A DNA stretch of 24,852 bases from Macrostomum lignano (Eukaryota): the NCBI GenBank assembly GCA_002269645.1, contig NIVC01005145.1:1-24852 (forward strand), in the 5' to 3' direction. The notes beneath the pieces are model-generated. The model was not told the origin of the DNA, did not search any database, and saw only the letters and a list, made by a program, of their open reading frames with translations. Positions within the stretch are counted from its first letter, which is position 1; every line of letters begins with the position of its first letter. Of the stretch, positions 10,701 through 24,852 are shown piece by piece. The translations under genes were made by a program, and so were the position numbers.

Positions 10701-11176
10701 AAACAAACTCATAATTAAATTATTGCAACAATTACGAGTGCTCGTAATATACGAGCTAGCCTGTAGTAGTTGAAAAGCGAAGTACATTTTGAGGCAACTT
10801 CTCTCAGTCCCGCCATTATTGATTTTATTTACGCCTAAATTGCAATTATCCTACACGCAGAAAACATTCGTCAGCAGTTACGCGTTATTGCAGTCAGAGG
10901 AAAAGCGTGCGAATACAGAAGTCCACTGCGAGCTGCAGACTAAAATAATAAATGGATAGCAAATTTAAAATATGGCTGGCACATTCGCTGATCGATAGCA
11001 TTTCGAATAGTTTTCGAGAAAAAGAAAGAAAAAATGTTTTAAATCCGGTTAATAAATCGAATTTCTAGAAGCTTCTCTAGTGGAAATTTCGCTAAGCTGG
11101 AGGAGTGCAGCGAACTGAAAGATTCGATTCCGAGTACATCGAGTAAATGAACGAACAGAGGTGCACTGGATTGGAA

Positions 11177-12305
11177 TTGTGTCATTGTTGATTGGGGGTG
11201 TCATATTTGATTGGGGGTGTCATATTTGATTGGAGGGTGTCATATTTGATTGGAGGGTGTCATATTTGATTGGAGGGTGTCATATTTGATTGGAGGGTGT
11301 CATATTTGATTGGAGGGTGTCATATTTGATTGGAGGGTGTCATATTTGATTGGAGGGTGTCATATTTGGTTGGAGGGTGTCATTTGATTGGAGGGTGTCA
11401 TATTTGATTGGAGGGTGTCATATTTGATTGGAGGGTGTCATATTTGATTGGAGGGTCTCATATTTGATTGGAGGGTGTCATATTTGATTGTAGGGTGTTA
11501 GCTTTGATTGGAGGGTGTCATAATTGTTTGGAGGGTGAGTTTTTTTATTAGAGTGTCACTTTTGATTGGAAGGTATCCTATATGATTGGAGGGTGTCATA
11601 TTTGATTGAAGGGAGTCATACTTGGTTGGAGGGTGTCATATTTTATTGTAGGGTGTCATATTTGATTGTAGGGTGTCATATTTGATTGTAGGGTGTCATA
11701 TTTGATTGGAGGGTGTCATATTTAATTGGAGGGTGTCATATTTGATTGGAGGGTGTCATATTTGATTGGAGGGTGTCATATTTGGTTGAAGGGAGTCATA
11801 CTTGGTTGGAGGGTGTCATATTTGATTGTAGGGTGTCATATTTGATTGGAGGGTGTCATATTTGATTGTAGGGTGTCATATTTGATTGTAGGGTGTCATA
11901 TTTGATTGGAGGGTGTCATATTTGATTGGAGGGTGTCATATTTGATTGGGGGGTGTCATATTTGATTGGAGGGTGTCATATTTGATTGGAGGGTGTCATA
12001 TTTGATTGGAGGGTATCATATTTGATTGGAGGGTGTCATATTTGATTGAAGGGAGTCATTTTTGGTTGGAGGGTGTTAGCTTTGATTGGAGGGTGTCATA
12101 TTTGATTGGAGGGTGTCATTGTTGATTGGGGGGTGTCAGATTTGATTGGAGGGTGTCATTGTTGATTGGGGGGTGTCATATTTGATTGGAGGGAGTCATA
12201 TTTGGTTGGAGGGTGTCATATTTGATTGGAGGGTGTCATTGTTGATTGGGGGGTGTCATATTTGATTGGAGGGAGTCATATTTGGTTGGAGGGTGTCATA
12301 TTTGA
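11177..12305. repeat. 20-bp minisatellite GGGTGTCATATTTGATTGGA (about 56 copies) between the ORP and prosaposin genes
   Basis: Direct periodicity of 20 nt; a variant block recurs at a 180-bp offset (about 11600 and 11780). Confidence 0.97.
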
Positions 12306-12336
12306 ACCTCATGAGAGCGCAATCTCTTTGTTTAGT

Positions 12337-12342
12337 TTTATT
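12337..12342 (-). promoter_or_regulatory. Polyadenylation signal AATAAA of the ORP gene
   Basis: TTTATT on the plus strand, about 55 nt after the TGA stop at 12397. Confidence 0.6.
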
Positions 12343-12396
12343 GCTAGAAATCTACAAGAATTATTCCGATCGGTAGCAGAAACCGGCTGACGAGTC

Positions 12397-17348
<4,952 letters not shown>

Positions 17349-18236
17349 GCAGACTGCGGTGATTTCAAGCTACCGTTCCAATCGCGGTCAGTCGGCACTA
17401 ATGGTTCGAGTCCTCCCCCCTCTGGCGCTCCTGAGCGGGAGGATCAGACCACCTTTATGACTTTGTGAGCAGCGCGGAATTCGATAGCTCCCGAGAGACG
17501 GGGCTCGCAACGAGCTCCAAGGCACGTACGACACACTCTATAGTGAGGGGGGCTCCGACTCTGCTATGGAATTGCTACGAGATTCCGGAGAGGGAATCGA
17601 TTCCGCTCAGCCAGAGAATTTCCTATATGGAGAATAATGCCAGTATCAGCTCCGCACTAACTGAGTTTTCTGCGCGATCAACTCACATTTTCAAAGCCGA
17701 AGCCAAAGTGGGAACTGGGGTTGGGGGGGGGGCGTGCGAAGGCAAAACTGAGCGCCCCCACTCCCATGCCTCCTACAACTGGCATTCTTGCGCTGAGCTG
17801 AGGAACAAAAATACGTTTGAGCGAGCGGGTGCGTGCACACAAGTGCAAAGCTTATGGTTACACTGTAAGAAGGCTGTACGCGCAAGAAAGTACGGCTCCT
17901 TCTTCAAATGATCATGCCATTGTACCAGCTGACAACAGAGAAGAAATCTGTTTGACCTCTTTTAGCCAATTATAATTGTATACGATTTTTCATTAACGTG
18001 CTTAAAGTAGAAGAATCAATACTGTACCATAGATATTGCCTAAGTTATACTCTAGAGGCACGGGGTGTGGGGCGGGGTAGAGCCCCCACCCACTACCATA
18101 GACTATTCTTCTTTTCTAGAATAACTTCAGAAATTTCCGGGCAGCTAATACCATATATTCTATGGGTTTTTCAGTCGGTATTTCACTTTAATCACATACC
18201 GACCTAAAACCCATAGAACATCTTAGACAAAATGTA

Positions 18237-18885
18237 GCGCCTGCGGTGCCAAAATGAGTGCCTGTGGCGCCAAAAAGTGCCTGCGGCGCCAAACTGAGTG
18301 TCTGCGGCGTCAAAATGAGTGCCTGCGGCGCTAAAATGAGTGCCTGCGGCGCTAAAATGAGTATACCTGCAGCGCTAAAATGAGTGCCTGCAGCGCTAAA
18401 ATGAGTGCCTGCAGCGCTAAAATGAGTACCTGCAGCGCTAAAATGAGTGTCTGCGGCGTCAAAATAAGTGCCTGCGGCGCTATAATGAGTGCCTGCGGCG
18501 CTATAATGAGTGCCTGCAGCGCTAAAATGAGTGCCTGCTGCGCCCACATGAGTGCCTGTGGCGCCAAAAAGTGCCTGCGGCGCCAAACTGAGTGTCTGCG
18601 GCGTCAAAATGAGTGCCTGCGGCGCTAAAATGAGTACCTGCAGCGCTAAAATGAGTGTCTGCGGCGTCAAAATGAGTGCCTGCGGCGCCAAAATGAGTGT
18701 CTGCGGCGTCAAAATGAGTGCCTGCGGCGCTAAAATGAGTGCCAGCGGCGCTAAAATGAGTGCCTGCGGCGCTAAAATGAGTACCTGCAGCGCTAAAATG
18801 AGTGCCTGCGGCGCCAAAATGAGTGCCTGCGGCGCTAAAATGAGTGCCTGCGGCGCCAAAATGAGTGCCTGCGGCACCAAATGAG
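18237..18885. repeat. 21-bp minisatellite AAAATGAGTGCCTGCGGCGCT (about 31 copies)
   Basis: Direct reading; internal duplication at a 294-bp offset (18261 and 18555); explains ORFs 18188-18979, 18380-18628, 18552-18884 and others. Confidence 0.97.
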
Positions 18886-19945
18886 CGCTGACGGCTGACA
18901 AAACCGATTCTGAAAATAATGCACAAGTACATGTAGAATTCTTGGCTTTGTCCCCCACCATAAAATCCACGCCCTGCATATCGCTTTCATTTTCGGACTA
19001 AGTTGACACATCTCCTATCTGGATTGAATCCCGTGATCCCAGGATCGCAGAACGGGTGCACCAAGGTTGTTACTGTAAAAATATGTACACCACAGAGGAA
19101 AAATGAAGCGAATGCATGTTAGGTAACTCTGTAATAGGTCAGAGTCAACTGAAAGAATATATTAACTAATTATTGGTACGTTTCCATTATTTCCATGCTT
19201 TTAGGGAAGGATTTCACAAACTTTGCTAATAAAATAAAAAACAAGCAAATTAACAGTTTCGGCAAGAAATTGAGAGACAGAGTCACAGGCAGACCAGATC
19301 GAGAGAGATAGGGAGAGATGTAGCACTTTAAATGCAGACCCAGTCTGGATAATGTGTATATTTGAATCAATTAGCATATATATAGACACAGAAAAATACT
19401 ACTTAGCAAAGTAATAGATGTCGATAACTGTACTGCAGTTTGAGAAGTGCATATTTAATGCGTTTCAATTTCAAATTCACCTATCAGGTTCAGCTGGGTC
19501 AGTAAAGGTCAATGGAAATTTGGGATGGAGTGGAATTAAAGAGATTTAAGAGGCGCATTAGAGCCACTAATTACATAGAGCAAATTAACCAGGCTTTTAG
19601 TGGCTCTTTCAAATAATCAAGCTTATTAATTTGCAACTATTCGTCACTGTAAAAATCAATGCAAAACAGTTCTACAGGGTTATTGTATACAAATTGAAAC
19701 AGTAGTCATTGGTTAACTAATAGGTACGCATGTAAATCTTAGGACAGCAAGAGAGAGAGCTTTTGGAGATTTACTTATAATGTAGAGATGTAAGATGTGT
19801 ATTGACGATTGACATTGCATCTGAATCAGAAGCAGTAGTGCTAGCACTCAATTCCGTTTGCCAAACAAAATTGCATGTTGGCGGATGCTATTGTTTAAAA
19901 ACTTTCATGTTGTACAAATTGAAGGCAAGGGCATTGGTCCGAAGT

Positions 19946-20290
19946 GATCTGGGAGGGTGACAGGTGGCATAGCAACTGGAGATCTGGGAGGGTGACAGGT
20001 GGCATAGCAACTGGAGATCTGGAGGGTGACAGGTGGCATAGCAACTGGAGATCTGGGAGGGTGACAGGTGGCATAGCAACTGGAGATCTGGGAGGGTGAC
20101 AGGTGGCATAGCAACTGGAGATCTGGGAGGGTGACAGGTGGCATAGCAACTGGAGATCTGGGAGGGTGACAGGTGGCATAGCAACTGGAGATCTGGGAGG
20201 GTGACAGGTGGCATAGCAACTGGGATCTGGGATCTGGAGGCTGGCGGTGACTCACTAACTTGAGGATCTGGGAGGCTGGCGTGACCAAAC
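19946..20290. repeat. 35-bp minisatellite GATCTGGGAGGGTGACAGGTGGCATAGCAACTGGA (about 8 copies plus a decayed tail)
   Basis: Units start at 19946, 19981, 20016, 20050 and onward. Confidence 0.97.
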
Positions 20291-20979
20291 TAGACAGAGC
20301 AGATCTGAGACACAGATGGCAGTAAAAGGCGGCTCGTTACTCACAAGTGAATCAGTTTTGATTGTCATGGGTTTGATTCGGGCTCTGTGCATGTGAAAGG
20401 TATATATGGGAAAAGCATATGATCCGGCCATCTGCTAGGTTGGTCAGAGGCCCAGGCGGGTATCCAAATCGCTGCTGCTGAAAGATTCAGATGCAGAGAA
20501 GCAAACATGTAAGCAATAACATGTGATAGCTATGATATAAATGATTTACAACCCAAAGCCCCTCCCAAAGTCAGGTAGGGCGGAAACCGCGCATTCAATT
20601 TGATTGCTAAACACAAGCGAGAATTATAGCATGCCATTATAGCAAGGCATGTGCCTGTCTCCGTGGGTAGTTGGGATAAAATGAACAAGTTCGTGTGTTA
20701 TAAAAATGACATAGTCACAAATAAGACACAGGCTTAACAAAAACTGCAGAGATCAAGCAGCCGTCTGCGGCACGTGCTTAGCTAATAAATAAAGATTTAC
20801 AAATGAAGATATATGCAATATAAAGCCAGAAATAAACAAGTCTGCAAACTCAAGTCTACTGTTAGTAGTCTGTTGGAAAGTGAAGATATTGCTTACTGTT
20901 TATGAGGATTGCTTTTATAGATTTACATATAAATATAAACCTAAAGAAGAGAGGGCGAGGCAGCAAGAGACACAAGACC

Positions 20980-22101
20980 TCAGTCGCGGCATTTTATACA
21001 GAAGAATTCTATATCGTCCAAGTTGACGTCGTCGTCCAGGTCTGTGCACATCACGTGATACCAGCTGTTGCAGGAGTCGCAGCACACCCAGTTCACGTTC
21101 GGGTCCTTCGGCTTGATGCAGGTCAGCGACTCGCACGGCTCGCCATCGATGTGAAACTGACCGCTAGGGTCGCCGCCGCCAGCTGCTACGGCCGCCGACG
21201 ACGAGCCCGAAGGCCGGCCGGAACTGCCACGCGACTGCTTCGACTGTTTAGAAGGCCGGGAGCCGCCGCCTGATTTGCTGGACCGGCTGGCGCCGCTCTT
21301 GCGCTGCACCGAGCCGACTGAGCCGCCTTTGCCGCCGGAGTCCACCGAGGACTGCCGCTTCGCCGCCGCAGACGAAGACTTTTTAGTGTCGGACTTTTTG
21401 CCTTCGCCCGACGACTTTTTCGATGCGGAGCCGCCGCCGCCGCCGCCGCCAATCGAGGCGGCCGACGACTTCGAGGCCGAGACGGGTGGCGCCGGGTGAG
21501 GCGCCATCGCCGGCGACAGGTCGTTGCTAGGCGAGCTCTGCGAAGACGACATTGACGAGTCCGGCGACTTGTCGCGCGCCCGCTTAGCCGAGGCGGCGCC
21601 GCGCGAACGCGCCGGCCTCGCCACCGCTCAGGCGCTTCCGGCCGCCGTCGCCGTGAGTCGCCGTAGGCTTGTGATCGCCCGACGAGGCGGGAGGTCCCGC
21701 CGGGCCAGCCGGGCTGTTCGACACCTTCTCGAACACAAACTTCAGCTCGGAACGGAAGCCGTTGACTGTGGAGCCCGGCTTGATGTTGAAGCCGTTGACG
21801 TGCCCAAAGCAGATGATGTCGCCCACGACCAGCAGCTTGGAGGACAGGATTCGGTGTAGTTAATGTACGTGCCGTTCAGACTGTGATCCACCAGGAAGTA
21901 CCGGTTGCCCTTCTCCTCTGCGCGTACCTCTGCGTGCTTTCTGCTGACCATCATCGGGTTCACCTGCGACTCGATAACGCAATCAGGCGGAGTCTTGCTG
22001 CTGGCCCGGCCGATGATGGTGGATTGGCGGCGGATTATTATAACGCTTGGCGTCTTGCCGAAACCCTCGCGGTCGCTGATGCGGCGCAGCTGGTAGGTCA
22101 T
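20980..22101 (-). CDS. TCF19: TCF19-like FHA + Ser/Gly/Lys-rich linker + PHD finger protein (about 373 aa if both frameshifts are corrected); sequencing error or pseudogene
   Basis: FHA motifs IIGR...VSRKHAEV...DHSLNGTYIN, then in a shifted frame LLVVGDIICFGH...ELKFVFEKV. C-terminal PHD CESLTC...NWVCCDSCNSWYHVMC...FFCIKC*. The FHA-linker-PHD order is the TCF19 architecture. Frame breaks near 21853 and within 21587-21627. Confidence 0.75.
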
Positions 22102-22149
22102 TTGGCCTGCCTGACTGGCAGTAATGTGCATGAATTTATGCATAGCAAC

Positions 22150-24400
22150 TATGGTTGAAAAGAAAATAAATAATACTGGCGAGGGGCCCAGCCAAGGTTG
22201 GTCACAAAAATGCTCAAAAATACAGAGTACTAATTAGATGATGAAGCAATGTGCCTTAACAACACAGTCATAGTTACTTCACCATTTACCGTTAATGTTA
22301 ATTTATCTGTTTATTTCATAGGTAAGTCACATTTTAGTCACATGACCAATGTAAATCAGTTGCTTGCGCATGTATGTGATTAAATGTGTTTAAATAACAA
22401 TGCCTTGCATATGTAAATTCTTAAAATTATTGTTTATTGAAACTAATAGTGATATAACCTTACTTTGGTAGTTTTAGGATTTATAAGTATTTGACTAGAG
22501 GCCTAATATACAACACAATGCTATAATACTCTAAGCAGTATTTGGGAGTTATACCTATTTAGCTTCATAGCTAGATTTTTTGTGTCATAGGCATGTCATA
22601 GGCAATACAATTCTTACTCAAAAGAATTGAGTAAAAGAAGGTTGCTTATCTTTTGAATGAAAACAATGCATGTTTTTAACTTTATTTGAGAATAACTAAT
22701 AAAATATGTACTATATTATATTAAACTTGCTTTTTCTTTTTTAAAACATGTAACTTTTTAATGAAAGAAAGATTTTTTGTATAGAAACAATTTCTACTAG
22801 AGTTACACTCCTTTTTTAAACTTTTAATGAAAACCATAGAAAGTTCAATAATAAAAAGGCAAATATGGTAGTTCAAATAGCTCTAAAAGTTTTAGCCTAT
22901 AATGTTATTAAAAATATGTTACTATATATTCAATAAATAAATAATATTATATTTATATTATTTTAATTTAGATGTATTAGCTTTATATATGGTTTTGCAT
23001 ACTATTAATAGAAGTTTAGTTAAAAAAGTTTTTACTTTAATTTTCAATGTGTCAATCTCATATTTATGTTTATAATATTAGCTATATCATTTTTATCTAT
23101 ATAATGTATAATATCCAAGTATTTAAATTGTAGAATTAAAAATATAGCCTTATATATATAGAATATTATATATAAAAAGTTTACTAGAAGTCTTTCTATA
23201 AGTTTCTTTATATTCAAATTGTCTAATTTAATTAGCTAGTGAGGATATGGCCTATTCTAAGATGTGCATAATTACTTGTACATTTATCCAAATATACAAA
23301 AAATAAAATACCAAATTTTATTAGTGCGCCATTGTGTAGGGATATGCCATTTTACTACTTATTTTTACATTGTTTTCTAACGAAAAAAATTTAAAAATTA
23401 GAGCTGCCTCTTTTATCTTGTTAAAAATAATAAAAATAATGATTTTTATAGGAATTTGTATCTATTTTGATGATATAGCTACTAACTTTGGTGAGTGACA
23501 AGACTAGGTAGGCTAAGCTTCTTTTGCTAAATATAATCATTTTTGCATAGAAATCAAATAGAAAGTTAAAAACAATGCTGCTATAGTCTAAGTACAAAAA
23601 ATTGCTTTGATTCTTTGAAGGCAAAAAACTAAATATAGGCCTATGACTTAAATATTTTTTAACCAAAAAAGATATTTTAGATAGTAAATTAATTGTAAAA
23701 TAATTTCTAAAAGAAATTGCTTTAACTCTGCTTTGTATATAAAATTTGACATTTTTGACAGTACTTTTTTGTAAATTGGATTCAATTTTTAGTTTTTACT
23801 GAATAGTTAGATAATATAACTTTGCAATTATTCAATCAATCAATTTATGTGATATATTGTTAGAAAGTATTTTTAAGTAGAATATTTCCTTCTATACCAC
23901 TTATTTCTATTCTTAGTTATCTAGATTCTAGGTTAGGCCTATTTATTTTTTAAGCAAGATAAATATCTTTTTAATATTTTTTTCATTTGGTCAAATTTTT
24001 ATTCATCTTACTGAAGACGAAGTCCCAGTTATATCAAGTAGTGGCAACAATGGTCACAATGTTTAGGCCTAATCATAGGCCTAGTGGTAATTTAAAAAGG
24101 AGGCACACAGGCAGTGTGACCACAGCGCATTTTAAATAATTGAGCAGGACAAATTTTTTTGAGCGCAACATTAGGCATTGTTTTTTTTGAAAAAGTCACT
24201 TCATGTAAAATAATTAACAAACAGAGAAAAAAATTACATTTATAGTCACAAAAACCTTTAAAAACTTTTTTGAATCTAGTGATATTTTATTTTTAACTCA
24301 GTCAACAACCCTGTGACACTGACATGATTTTTATGTATTTCAAATTCCAGACTTCCCACTTCACTGCGCCAATTTCAAATCAAATTCAAATCAAATCATT
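22150..24400. other. Strongly AT-rich non-coding region (intergenic or a 5' UTR intron of the TCF19-like gene)
   Basis: Composition by inspection; no credible ORF; candidate donor GTAAGA at 24011 on the minus strand. Confidence 0.6.
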
Positions 24401-24553
24401 CAGTCTCAAATCAAATCTCAAATCATGTCTGACTAAATTAATATAGACGTTAAGTTTTTACTATCGTCCAGCGATTCACTTTCTTGTTTGTTGATTCTCA
24501 TTGATCCGCTTTTGGAGCATCTTCTGTGCCAGAGATGTTTTCCATTTCGTTGA

Positions 24554-24852
24554 TTACTTTTGTTCAGCAGCTTCGTCCTCTTGCTTTTTTTTCTTTTCCC
24601 ACTCATTGGCCTTCTGACGCTGCATGTTTAGTTTTTTCTGAAGGCACTTCATTACTTCTTCACGCTCTTTGCCTTTAGCACATGCTTCGGCGTTTGCACG
24701 GGCATCGAAGCTGAGGACCAACAGTGAGCGGTCAATGCAAAAATCGGATGGCTCTTTTTTGAAGGCCTTTAGCAGGACTTGAGGGCAAAAGACAGTCCAG
24801 TGTATAATCGGCTAGCTGGTTTCGCTGCTTCGTGACATTGTTGGCAATCCAT
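24554..24852 (-). CDS. 3' terminal coding segment of an upstream gene, possibly BEN-domain-like, with a charged tail; truncated by the window
   Basis: Open frame 24799 to 24554: WTVFCPQVLLKAFKKEPSDFCIDRSLLVLSFDARANAEACAKGKEREEVMKCLQKKLNMQRQKANEWEKKKKQEDEAAEQK*. An adjacent frame upstream reads WIANNVTKQRNQLADYTLDCL. The domain call is by-eye resemblance only. Confidence 0.45.

Noticed and set aside
17403-17413. Pol III B-box match GGTTCGAGTCC (tRNA or SINE)
   Set aside because: No correctly spaced A-box, cloverleaf or T-run terminator seen.
17465-17911. 148-aa plus-strand ORF and a 12-bp palindrome GGAATCGATTCC at 17593
   Set aside because: No motif similarity, and several 12-bp palindromes are expected by chance in 25 kb.
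18188-18979. Repetitive ORFs (APQALIL, AAGTHFS, MSACGAK)
   Set aside because: A 21-bp array is open in many frames on both strands; no domain or splice support.
21582-21724. Intron AAG|GTGTCG...GCTAAG as a fix for the second TCF19 frame break
   Set aside because: No pyrimidine tract, the sequence looks coding, and it does not fix the first break.
23421-23666. 81-aa ORF in the AT-rich region (also 2158-2527, 9943-10176, 19170-19389)
   Set aside because: F/I/L/K-rich composition typical of random AT-rich frames.

Overview
Animal genomic DNA, not prokaryotic: GC-rich spliced exons, AT-rich spacers and 11 unrelated tandem arrays covering roughly 36% of the window. The style resembles a free-living flatworm such as Macrostomum, but that is an impression only. 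All recognisable genes are on the minus strand. In transcription order they are: (1) the 3' end of a possible BEN-domain-like gene running off the window edge; (2) a TCF19-like FHA+PHD gene broken by two mutually compensating 1-nt frameshifts; (3) a complete 7-exon short ORD-only oxysterol-binding protein gene of the ORP1/ORP2 type (470 aa); (4) a complete 6-exon prosaposin-like gene (592 aa: signal peptide, one SapA, five SapB); (5) possible exons of an unidentified gene below position 810. I assembled the exons by hand from GT/AG sites and checked reading-frame phase. The most striking observation is a 1.77-kb ORP intron made almost entirely of (CTAA/CTGA)n on the sense strand, i.e. about 430 tandem branch-point-consensus motifs, the last sitting 30 nt from the acceptor. 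No CRISPR array, rRNA, tRNA or transposase was found, and most long ORFs in the track are repeat or antisense artefacts.
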